Origin: Naegleria gruberi
Taxonomy: Eukaryota
NCBI GenBank assembly: GCA_000004985.1
Contig: GG738845.1
Reading direction: 5' to 3' (one strand)
DNA: 64,000 bases
The notes under the pieces are model-generated. The model was not told the origin of the DNA. It made no database searches and saw nothing but the letters and a program-made list of their open reading frames with translations. Position numbers and translations under genes: made by a program. Positions within the stretch are counted from its first letter, which is position 1, and each line of letters begins with the position of its first letter. Below, piece after piece: positions 11,418-22,900 of this stretch.

Positions 11418-12704
11418 TTATTTCGTTGTTCTACGTTTCATTGGAAGGAGTGTTTGTTCTTGATTATTCATTTCATTAAACATAATTTTAGCAAAATTGG
11501 AGCATTCTGAAATATATTCTAACTTCCCATCAGTTTGTTGGACCTTAAAGTCAACCACCCTCTTTTTTCTTTTTGGGAAATAGTCACTTTCTGATGGGTC
11601 ACTAACAATCTCTACATAGTTTTGGATAATATCTTGCTCGATTAATGATTCATTTTGTGTTGAAATAATGTTTGCTCTAAATTTCAAAGTATTAATAATT
11701 TCTGTTACTTTTTGATTCAAAATAGGTTGGGTAGGGCTAAAAATTTTCCCAAGACAATATAAATCATCTCCCCAAATCATATCTTCAATTGTAATTATAT
11801 TAATTTTCATGCATTCTCTCAATAAATCTCCAACAAGATCATTGAAAAATAAATTGGGGAGACCAAGGAAAAAATCAACCACTAACACCTTATAAACTTT
11901 CATAAAAAGTTCAGCAGATAACAAATCCTCAATGGAAAAAGAAATGATTTCCTGTTCTTCAAATTCAATTCTTTTAAGAGAAGACACCATTTTCGAAAAA
12001 TCTTCTTGAGTGAAATTTAACAATTTGTAACAATAAGAATCTCTTAGAGTATAATCAATTCTATCTGCACAAAGCATTGGAAAATCCTTTTCCAATAATG
12101 TGTAAGTGTCCAGTTTTAAATTTTCAACAACATCTTGCATGTTAAATTCTTTCAAAATATCCATAAGGGAGAGAGAATTTCCAATATAATTAATAAACTT
12201 ATCATTTGGAGCTTGAATAATGTTATCCAAAATAGTTTCATGGAAATCATCTTTTCTATTTTCCAAAATAATATCAACCAAGTGGCTAAAAGCTGTATGT
12301 GAAATGTCATGTAGTAAACCAGCTAATTGTTGCTTGTGATCTGTTGGGCTGAGTTTTCTAATCAGTAACATAACCCCAATGGAGTGTTCCAATCTTGTGA
12401 CGTTATACTTGTGAGTATTCCACAAGAAGAAGCCTCCTGCTTGATGAATTTTATCTAATCTTCTGATAGCACTGCATTTAAACAACAGGGAATGCAATAA
12501 TTGGGAAAATTTATAATCTCGTGTAAAGTCAAAAGAACCGTAAACAGGATCCTGTATTGTCAAAATTATATCATCAGTATGAGTAATTAAAGTTTGACGT
12601 TTTTGATCAACATCTCCAACAACTTGGTTCGACGAATAATTGCCAAAGTCGCCGAGAGCAGTAATCTGTGTTCCATTCATTTTTTTTACAGATTTTTGCA
12701 TCAT
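11418..12704 (-). CDS. HD-domain phosphohydrolase, SAMHD1/dGTPase-like (COG1078 family)
   Basis: The start is ATG 12704 (MMQKS). It carries the HD motifs RLEHSIGV, GLLHDISHTAFSH and LCADRIDYTLRD. It is a single exon. The start lies only 20 nt after the LSG1 stop. Confidence 0.7.
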   Translation of the reverse strand: MMQKSVKKMNGTQITALGDFGNYSSNQVVGDVDQKRQTLITHTDDIILTIQDPVYGSFDFTRDYKFSQLLHSLLFKCSAIRRLDKIHQAGGFFLWNTHKYNVTRLEHSIGVMLLIRKLSPTDHKQQLAGLLHDISHTAFSHLVDIILENRKDDFHETILDNIIQAPNDKFINYIGNSLSLMDILKEFNMQDVVENLKLDTYTLLEKDFPMLCADRIDYTLRDSYCYKLLNFTQEDFSKMVSSLKRIEFEEQEIISFSIEDLLSAELFMKVYKVLVVDFFLGLPNLFFNDLVGDLLRECMKINIITIEDMIWGDDLYCLGKIFSPTQPILNQKVTEIINTLKFRANIISTQNESLIEQDIIQNYVEIVSDPSESDYFPKRKKRVVDFKVQQTDGKLEYISECSNFAKIMFNEMNNQEQTLLPMKRRTTK

Positions 12705-12724
12705 TCGAGTTAACTCATTGACTT

Positions 12725-14949
12725 TTATTTCATAAACTTCTTGAGGTATGTAAATTTTCTTCTCTTTTGTTTTTCAGTGAGCTTTTCGTAAGGTGATTGA
12801 TTATCAACAGGTTGTTCTTCTGGTTTTTGTTCAACAAGAATGGTTTGTTCATCCAATTCAAATGGATCATAACCTTTGGCTTGAATGATCTTTTCCTTCT
12901 TTCTCTCAAGAGACTCGGTATGAACATTGACACGATTGAAATCATCAATTTCACCTTCCCATTCCATTTCGTCCTCAGATTCTTCTAATGTAGCCTCTTC
13001 TTCTTCATCAGAGTTGTAAATGTCTTCTTCGTCATCATGATATTCTCCTTCTTCTTCGTCTTCACTTTCTGTAAAGTATTCACCATCGTCTTCCAATTCT
13101 TCATCATGATTAATGACAATGATTTCATCATTATCATTAAGCATTCCTTCTGATTGTATCTTATCATTTTCTTCCAAATCATCAACTTGAATATTTTCAG
13201 GAGGTGCATGGCAATACAGAATTTTACCATCTATGTAATCTTTCAAAATACGACGAGCAGCTGTTGGATAGTTGGGCACGAAATTCTTGGACATCAAACT
13301 CTTTGCAATACAAAAAGTCTTAAGTAAATTTTCTGGAGTAACAAATGTCATACGTTGTTTTCCAGGAAGTTTTGGGAACGACAAACCATATGTAAGTTCG
13401 AAAACACGTCTAGGAACACGACAACAAACCAATTCTATTGGTGGAATGTGATCTCTCATTTGGTGATCAATTGAAATAATACCATTTACAATCATTTCTT
13501 CCTTGGTTGTTGTAATTGATGGGAAAACTAGACCTGGACAGTCAGCAATCATTATACTTTCACCAATTGGAAGTGTTTGGAAATGTTTTGTTTTACCTGG
13601 AGTGGAACCAACTGCAACCTTCTTTTTACCACATAACACATTTACAAGTGATGATTTACCAACGTTTGGATAACCGACCATACCAACAACAACTCTACCA
13701 ATGTCACTCTTCTTATTTTCAGGATTGAACTTATTCATCAAACTCTTAAAGAAGAATAACAATTCAGATCTATCAAAAATATATGTCCAATCTTTTTCTT
13801 GGGGATTTTCATAATTAGTAGTATCGAATGAATCTAGTTCCTCTTGTTGTTCTTTTAAAAGATCTTCTCTGGTAATTTGACGATTTGCAATTTTAGAAAT
13901 TTCATTCAAAGCAGAGAAGAAGATAAAGTTAATCTTCTTCTTTTTAAAGTAGCATGCCCATTTGAATCTTTGCTTTTTTGTAAGCAAATCAGCCTTATTC
14001 AAAAGTAAAAAGTTTTCCTTTGATGAATCAACCTCTTTCACATACTTTTCTAAATCTTCACTTTGAAATAATAATGGATTACGAGAATCTACAATTTGAA
14101 TAACAATGTCACTTCTCTCCACAACACGCCATAATTGTCTCCAAACTTCAATGTTCTTTTCATATGGTGTGAGTGTAGCATCATAACTTTCTTCAATCTC
14201 TGCCAAATTTCTTCTCCACTTTAAGAATGATTCGGTTTCAAATTGAATGAGTTTCTTCTTTGCTAGTTCATTCTTTTTTTCCTTTTTCTTCTTTTTCTTC
14301 TTTTGTTCGGGCTCAGTTGACTCTTGAACATAATTCATCAAATCATAGGCTTCCTTTGGTCTTCTAGGTATTGGTAATTGTATTCCCATTTCTTGTAATT
14401 CACGAACACGTTCATAAATTTCATCTTGTGATTTTTCCTTCAAAACCAATGTTCCTTCAGCATAGGCTTCATCGTCATCATCTTGATTTTCCTCATCTAA
14501 AATTATTTCATATTATTTAAAAAAATTATTAATCAATGATAAAACATACCATCTCCTTCTTCTTCTTCATCCCTATCAACGACATGAAATTCTCTCCGAG
14601 AGCCATCTTCATCAGTATGTATTAAAACAGTAGCACTATCTTTTTCATACTTTTTTAAGCTCATCTTGGCGTTTAACATTAAATCTTGGAGATCTGTTGT
14701 TCCAATTAAACTTTCCAATTTTCCTCTGCCTTTGTTGAGCATATTGTGCATGATATTATCTTCACGTAAAATTTCTTCTTCGATAGGAAGTTCATCGGAG
14801 CCCATGGTTACGGTTTCTTTACCCAATATTGCATCAGCAACTGGTTCTTGATGTCTATCAGAAAACACCTTGTCCTTCTTTCGGTTACGAGCTTTTAAAA
14901 TTGTTTTACCTAATCCTCCGGATTTATTCTTGGTTCTTGTTCCTGGCAT
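12725..14949 (-). CDS. LSG1: Large-subunit GTPase 1 (LSG1, circularly permuted GTPase), 2 exons
   Basis: Exon 1 is 14949..14550 (MPGTRTKNKSGGLGKTILKARN...). The intron is 14497..14549 (gtatgtttt...ttttag, 53 nt). Exon 2 is 14496..12725. A long block matches human LSG1: LKWRRNLAEIEE...WRQLWRVVERSDIVIQIVDSRNPLLFQSEDLEKYVKEVDSSKENFLLLNKADLL. The G-motifs appear in circularly permuted order: GYPNVGKSS, then DCPGLVFP. There is an acidic C-terminal tail. Confidence 0.88.
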
Positions 14950-15022
14950 TTTTTTGATTCAATTATTTACGTGAATGGAACAATTTAATGATTATACCAA
15001 TTTTTTTACTTTCTGTTGTTGA

Positions 15023-16324
15023 TCAGTGTTTTGTTGTGAGTGAAAAAGTGTGATTACATTTGAGAATTTCCTGTGTTTGCATTTGGGAAAGTCTGTTGCT
15101 TATTAAAAACACCTTTGTTCTTCCTAGAAGATCTCCTGTTGCCATTAGCATTGGATTATGTTTGTTGAACTCTAGACATGAAAGAGCCTTTCCATCTTGT
15201 GAAACGTCAATATCATTAATTGGCTCAGTTGTGGACTCTAAGAGATCGAACATGTATAGGTGTCCATTGGAGCTGGCAACAGCAACTACCATTGGACGAA
15301 ATGGAGAGAATTTAGAACAACTACTAGGATCAGTGGATGGTTGCAAAGTTAGAATATCTTTTGTTCTGAAAGCATTATATATCCTTACTAATCCGTCACT
15401 GCAACAAGACATAAATAAATCCTTATTAAAAGTATTGGCATCAAGAGTGTAAATAATTCCAGTTCCAGAGTCAAATTCAGATTCCATCTTTTCTTCCTTA
15501 AAGTTTACATTTGTTTTCTTTAAGGTAGCCATTTTTCTGGTGCTAATCATTTTAGAGTCTGATATCGATAGTTTAAACACATTTCCAACTTCTGTTCCTA
15601 AAATAAATGAGCTGTCAAGTGTTGGTGTTTTCTTTTGAGATAGGGCGCTACTGCCAAATAAATTTAAAAAACAAAGTGATGAACCACCCAAAGGAGTAGA
15701 CTTGAGTGGGCTATTCAGGGCAATCGCGTGAATAGGTTGCTCTAGCTTGTTATGTAAACTCCATAATAATATTTTTCCGTCTCCACTCATACTCAATATA
15801 AGAAATGAGTCATCATATCTATTTCTTACCCATTGAAGACTAGTTATTGGATCTCTATGGGAGTAGGATTCAATTGAGGTTTGGCAAAGAAGACTGTCTG
15901 TATCCTGATGAAGTTTGTAAACCTTAATACCTCCATCATATGTACCTGCTGCAATAATATTATGCTTATCTGGATGGAATGCTAATTTCATAACGTAACT
16001 CTCTTCGTTTTCGATTGTAACTTTTGGTTCTAGGTTGTAATCTGTATAAATATCAGGATTTATCAAAAAGAAACACATATATCCTGGATCAACACACCAC
16101 CCACTAGCCGAGGGTTTTCCAAAGCTCACACCCAACATGTTTCCTTTACAATTCCAAGATAAGTCAGTTACTGACAATGGTTCATGTAACTTTTTAATTA
16201 TTCTCTCTGGTAATTTTAATTCGTGAGCTGTTGACATTTCCTCAATATCCACAGACCAATTAACATCGTAATCAATGAACGATAAATAATGAACTGTTTC
16301 AGCGTTAATCAATTCCTTTTCCAT
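15023..16324 (-). CDS. WD40-repeat protein, dynein intermediate-chain-like (possibly flagellar); the 5' end is uncertain
   Basis: The ATG is at 16324 (MEKELINAE...). The WD repeats are GTYDGGIKVYKL, HRDPITSLQWV...SMSGDGKILLWSL, CCSDGLVRIYN, ASSNGHLYMFDL and ATGDLLGRTKVF. The frame stays open about 35 codons upstream of the ATG without a start codon, so an upstream exon is possible; the 16452..16727 ORF is a candidate for it. Confidence 0.5.
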   Translation of the reverse strand: MEKELINAETVHYLSFIDYDVNWSVDIEEMSTAHELKLPERIIKKLHEPLSVTDLSWNCKGNMLGVSFGKPSASGWCVDPGYMCFFLINPDIYTDYNLEPKVTIENEESYVMKLAFHPDKHNIIAAGTYDGGIKVYKLHQDTDSLLCQTSIESYSHRDPITSLQWVRNRYDDSFLILSMSGDGKILLWSLHNKLEQPIHAIALNSPLKSTPLGGSSLCFLNLFGSSALSQKKTPTLDSSFILGTEVGNVFKLSISDSKMISTRKMATLKKTNVNFKEEKMESEFDSGTGIIYTLDANTFNKDLFMSCCSDGLVRIYNAFRTKDILTLQPSTDPSSCSKFSPFRPMVVAVASSNGHLYMFDLLESTTEPINDIDVSQDGKALSCLEFNKHNPMLMATGDLLGRTKVFLISNRLSQMQTQEILKCNHTFSLTTKH

Positions 16325-16927
16325 TTGAGGGTAGACTTTTTTCAAGAATGTAGATATTTCTCCTTCATTGCTTGTTGTTTCATTCCTTACTCTTTTAATA
16401 ACATCCTCAATTGAGTCCGTTTGTATCTTCCCTTGTAAACATTTAAATAATTTACTTCCAACCTACTTCTTGATCGGCCACAATGCCTTGCTCCACTGAA
16501 AAATCATTACTAATACATGATGCATTGGATTGAACTCCAGAATCCTCAAAAGACAAACTCATCGTCTGTGTAGAATGGTCTGCACTCGGATTCTTTTTCT
16601 GGCCCCACTTTGAATTAAAATTGGCTCCTTGAACAAATCCGAACGAATAGAAAACTTCGTTATTTGCCTTGTTCATCTTGTATTTTTTTGTTGTTTGACC
16701 AAAAATTTGGCGCTTTTTTTTGTACAAACATCGACAATATTCACTAAACTTTTTCCAGTGGAGCTTGATTAAATTAATATGGCTCTAATTCATGTTTTGT
16801 GAGAAACCTGAAGAAAGTTCCTGACACCATTGACATCACTATCCAAAACCAGGTAAAAATGTTTTAGCCCAAGTAAAAAATTATAATTATTTATTAATTT
16901 AAAAGTAAGCTAAATGAAATTGATAAT

Positions 16928-19900
16928 TTAAACAATTGTCTTTCTAATAATTCTTCCATCTCCACCAGATGTATAGAAAAATTGAGTGCTTATCTCAGAC
17001 CATGTAACACCTTCTTGAGTGAAAAGTTTCTTCTTTGGGTGAGTGTCTGGATAAAAGTATAATTGTTTCTTTAAATTCTTCATATCCCAAACAGTTATGT
17101 GACCATTGGAGCAACCAGTAACAAAGAAATCTTCTGTAACATCAATATTTAAAACTTGAATACTGTCATGTTGAGTGGAGGTCTTTTGTAAAAAACCATA
17201 ACTTCCATCTTCTGCATCAAAGATGTAAATATCTCCCTTCTTGGTACCAACAAGTAATAGTTTATACTTGTAAGAATAGCGAAGGGCAATTGGTTCATCA
17301 TTGTTAGGGAATAAGTAATAGAACATTTTAGCATCTTGATTTGGCAAGAATAAATCCCAAATACACAATTCGCCTCCCTTTTGTGATTGTCCAATAGTTG
17401 CAATCAAACTGCCTGACTCTAAAAATGAAAAATCATTTACCTTAGTGCCATGACAATGTAAATGATAAAAGTAATGTAGACTTTCCTTGGATGCTTCAAA
17501 TCTCCATAATGTAAGATAACCTGATGTATCTGTGACACCAAATTTGTATCCAAATCTGGAGAAACGAATGTTAGTAATTGGTGATGTACCAGGTTCTCTA
17601 TAAGTTCTCAAAGCATATTGGAATCCATATTGCCACATGAATACAGAACCATCTGCACCTCCAGATATATAGAAAGGTAAAAATGGATGAGATACTAAAA
17701 CGTTGGCTGTTTGATTTCTGTCAATTTTTCCAACTTTTTTGACTGGTTGTTTAGATGGAGGAACATTTGATTGTCTTCTAAAATGAGATGCAGATGGAGT
17801 TGTAGTCGTGAAGGAAGGTCTTTTACCAACAGAAAATCTTTGTTTAAGCTTGTTCATATAAGAATTGCTTGAATCGACAGAAGACATTGGATTGGAGAAA
17901 CCAATAAACTTTTTCAAATTCTTGTTGGACATGGCTTCATCATCATTTACCGTATCTAGGAAGTCAAAAACGTTAAAGTTTGAAATGCTTGGAACTTTAG
18001 CAATAGAAGAGGACTGCTGTACAAACTTGGTATTATTTACATCCTTGGCAGCAATTTCATCAAATCGGTGGAATGATTGATCCCAAGTATTGGCTTCCTC
18101 ATCTAAAAGTTTGTCAAGTGAAGGATTTCTCTTTCTGTATCTAATAGAATGTTCAATATTAATCTCTCTAATACATTTGCCAGATGCATATGCCAAATAG
18201 CTTGGGTTATTGGAGTCTACACAGAAAGATTTGATCAATTCTTTACATTTGACAATTTCAATATCTGCAGAGAATTTCAAAACTTCATCTGATTCTGTCT
18301 TTGAGAAGTCGGAGGAAGTTTCGGTAGTGTTCTCACCACTAGCAAATTTTGCTAGACTACTATTGACGCTTACGGAACTGCTAATATTTGGTTTTGGTTT
18401 AGATGATAAATCCATCAAGTAGCTCCATAATTGTTGGGAAGTTGGATCAGACTTGAAAGTATCGAAAATCTTTTCATCCTCTAACCAATGATCACTAATA
18501 CAAGACAAGAGAAGATTTTGTTGTCCTCCAACTTGTTCCAATCCCAACTCTGGTAGAGCATGTGCCAATGAGTGGAAATGATCCTTTGACGATTGAGTAC
18601 GTTGATGCATTTTCTTTGATCCATGAGAAAGGGTTTCTACCATGCTTGATAAATTATTTCTTGTTGAGAGTGCGTTTACATCTTTCAAATTAGGAGCCCC
18701 ATGCTCAGAGACAGTGTATACTTCCATTTCTCTATATTGAAGTCGTCTTTCTAAATGGGAGCACCACAATGCAGAACATGAAAGAGCAGTTTGTGCACAG
18801 AGTGAATATTGTTGCTTATTGATATCATCCCTCTTCTTTTGGGATTGTTTGACAAATCCAGAGTAGGTTTCATCATAGGCATGTTCAATAAAATCCTTTA
18901 GAGTTGTTGTAAACTTGAACACTACAAATGCATCAAACATTTCCCAATGAAATTGCTTTTCAATTCTTTCAACATCCTCGTTTCTATCACTTCCAGATTT
19001 TGTGGTCTTGTTGTGATAGTTTTCGAGAAGATTTTTGTAATAGTCTTTCTTCTTCTCAGCTTCTTCTTTGTTAATGATCAAACCGGATGTCTTATTGACA
19101 GGAGCTTTTTTCTTTCTTTTCTCTTCTTGGTCAATTTCCTCTTGCATTGCCTTGTTTATCTTATTATCCAACATCTTTTTCTTGAATTTTTTGTGGAACA
19201 TGGCCATTCTATCGAAAAGTAAATGATAAAACTTGTCAAATACTTCTTTTCCTTCAAAGCTTGGACGAGAGGACAACGAATCTCTTTCCTTTTTATCAAA
19301 ATCTTGATGAAGAGTAAAAAGTGTGAAAAGCCCCTCAAAATCACGGTTAAAGTATAAAATTACAAACATCATTGTCTATTCAAGTTAAAAATGATCTATG
19401 TTTTTTTCAAAATACTTACTAAAAGAGTTGATGAGAGATCTGATTGTTGGTGTTCGGTAATGATTACCTTATTGCTCTTCATTCTACTGTAACAATGGAC
19501 ATATTCCTTTAGTAATCCTTCTAAAACGTTAACTTGTGATTTTCTTAATTGATTCTTGATTACAAGAGAAAGTGTGTTTTCAACTTGATAAACAAAAGAT
19601 TCCAAAATTCTAAGAATTGAACTTGGCTTGGAGCAAAGTAAACACCTTGCTGCTAATAATCCATTGACTCTTGTGAACACTTTGAGCTTTTTGATTAGCA
19701 TTTGTTTGTCAATATCCAATTTTTCAACAAGCTCATCAATATCTGTCATTATCTTCTTATGATTCTTGTCCCAGTCACTGTGGTAATTTGAATTGGTACG
19801 ATAACAACAATCATAAAGTTCTTGAGAAATGATTGTGAGGGCTGTTTTGAATTTGAGAAGTTCAGTAAGATCAGTTTGTTCTTTAGCATCCTCAATGGAA

Positions 19901-22900
19901 ATAGTGGAAGAGTTCAATTGCTGTTGTTTAGTGTTACCCATTCCCATACCACTCATTCCACCAAACCCACTCAAAGTTCCACTTGCAAGATTTCCTGATG
20001 TGCCTGATCCTCTCATGGAGTTACTCATTCCCATATTGTTCATTCCACCAAATCCACTCAGAGTTCCACTAGATAGATTTCCAGAAGCCATGGAATTACC
20101 CATTCCCATACTGCCCATACCAAACCCACTTAAAGTTCCACTTGCAAGATTGCCCGAGTTAATGGAAGAAGTCTTACTCATTGAATTACCCATTCCCATA
20201 CCACTCATTCCACCAAATCCACTTAAAGTTCCACTAGACAAATTTCCAGAAGCCATGGAATTACTCATTCCCATACCACTCATTCCACCAAATCCACCCA
20301 AGGTACCGCTAGATAAGTTGCCAGATGTCATAGAGCTATTCATACCCATTCCCATACTACTCATTCCGCCAAACCCTCCCAAAGTTCCACTTGTCAAATT
20401 TCCTGAAGTACTAGGTGTAGTTTTAGGTGTCCCAAAGGCTCCCATATTGATTTGACCAGACATTAAATCATTTTGTCCAGTTGAAGTATTCAACTTTCTT
20501 TTAGAAGTATATTGTTCCATATTTTTAAGTTTCAATAAATGTTCTAAACAAAGTGTGTAAAGTCCAACTTGGCTATAATAATGAGCAGTTCTTAATAATA
20601 TTGGAAGAGCATGCTTTGCAACAAGATCTGATGAATTCAAGTGTGGCTTGGAATCTACCTTAATACAGAATGCAAAAAGAGAAGGATCAAAAGCTTCATT
20701 CTCCTCTCCTCTCTTGATGAGTGTTTCAATGGATGTTTCATACTTTTTCAGTGTCCACAAAATAACACCTTGCATCCATACATCCTTGCTTTCAGTGTAT
20801 CGTTGATAGAGTTCATTTTCCAACATGTTCTTACAGAAATTACTATCATCACCACAATATAGACGAGCAATGAAGAAAGCTAAATCGTATTCTTTGGCGC
20901 TTTTGATGAGAATACTGATAGCGTCTTTAGGATTATCAGCAAGTAAAAAATATGCGGCAGCATAGTAATAATCCTGTCTACTAAGTAAAGTATAGGCATT
21001 CTTAGATGCTGCTACTCTACATTTTTCATCTGTGAAATCCTTATTTAAGAATTCAGCAACCTTCTCATTACCTTTGAGTTTGAAAAGTCTAGCCAATGCT
21101 CCTTTCTTCTTAATAGCCATATAATACAAAGCACATTTGGTAGGATCATTTGTTTCCTTATAAATTTCTGTTGCAAGTCGTTCAGCAACCTTTCTCAAAG
21201 AATTATTATTCATCCAGTAACAAACACCCAACTGTTCTACAAGTTTCCAACAAATATCCTCTTCTTCTGGGCAAATCATACGCCATAATGAATCCTGTGT
21301 TTCAGAAAGTAAAGCCCAAGCTATCATTGAACTGTTTACCTTTTCTATTAATAAATTATCATGCTCCGTTGATGATTTTGAAGAATCCCTCATTTCGGGT
21401 TTTCTTTTATCGTATAGAAACTGTAAATACTTGACTGTCACAAGATATCTGATACCAGCTGGATCTAAGGCTTCAGGATTTCTTTGAAGCTCAATAAAAG
21501 TGTCAACTACAGCCTGTAAGTTCATTTGCTCTATCTTTGAAATGCCAGGTAAGTGAATACTACTTTTAGAAAGGAGAGAGTTTAAATAATGGACATCGGA
21601 ATAAATGTTAATTTCTTCTTCTTCAGTTTCTGTCGGGGTTTCCTTCTTTTGGTTTTCTTCTTTGGCTATTTCTTCGTCAATATTTGTGAACTTGTCAAGG
21701 AGTGTTCTTCTCTTTTGTACAACAGGTTCTGTCTTCTTTGATTCTTCCTTTAAGAGAGAGGTCACTTTAATTGATGGAATTTCCAATAGGTGAGAATAGT
21801 CCTTGTCCTTATTTAGATATTCTTCAATTTTATCATTCTTCTTCTTTTCAACCAAATCTTCATAAATCTTCAAATGCTTAACTAAATGATGTATAATTGT
21901 CTTGATTATACTAAATCTTCCATCCATAAGTAATTCTAAAAGGAAATTTGGGTGATAGTCTACTAGTCTTCTGTGCGTAAGTAAGGATTCTGTATTAAGA
22001 GTTGGTTCAGATGCCAATTTGAAAAGAGACATTAGAGCAAGAGAATCATCATTTTGTTGAGTCTTTGTGTACACATGCAAAGATGAACCAAAAGAGGCGA
22101 TAATAGCCTTATCCTTTGTAACTGTAATTTTGGAACATGGATGACCTTTAACTGAAGGCATAAATTGTGTAACCTTTTTCCAGTATTGTTTTTGTTGTTT
22201 GATTATTCCTGGAGGTATCTTTGATTGAGTGTAGTACAATATCTTGGAATCTGTTCCAATACAAATAACAAACTGACCGTCTCCATAGCTCAACCATTCA
22301 AAATCGTGCACGAAATCACTCTCTGTATTGATAGATTGTTCTAATGTGTATGTTACATGGGATTCATTTTCCCAAATTTTTACACAACTTGAGGAAGAGG
22401 TTGTAGTAGCAATTCTAGAAACCAATTCACAGCACCTAACAGTAGTAATTGGTTCTTTTTCGGCTCTAAACTCGAACCACTTTTGTAATATGAGTTTTTC
22501 CTCATCTGTATTAATACTGGCTGTAGAAGAGCTAGAATTGGAAGTAGTGGCGGTAAATTTTCCAAGAAGACCACCAATCTTTGGTTTCGGAGGCTCTTTG
22601 ACTTCATTTTCCTGTTTTTTCAATCTTATTACAGAGACAGTACCATCCTTATTACCCAGAGTAATAACTACCACTCTTTGATTAGAAAAATACTTCTTAA
22701 TACTGGATTCATTTGATAAAGCTGTCTTACTCTCTACAGTAAAATGTTTTAAAGTTGTATATAAAATTAAATGACTTACTATGAATATCATACACAAAAG
22801 GAACTCCTTTTACACAGTCTGCACTGCAAACGATCTTTTCAAGATTTTGTTTGATAAGGGTTTTACATTCGAATTGATTTACATCATTTTGCTTTGCCTC

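Noticed and set aside
19829-20455. A 208-aa proline-rich ORF on the + strand (PIPLIPPNPLKVPL... repeats).
   Set aside because: It is the antisense mirror of the in-frame 75-nt coding repeat of the minus-strand rabconnectin gene. The periodic sequence keeps the opposite strand open by construction. It is not an independent gene.
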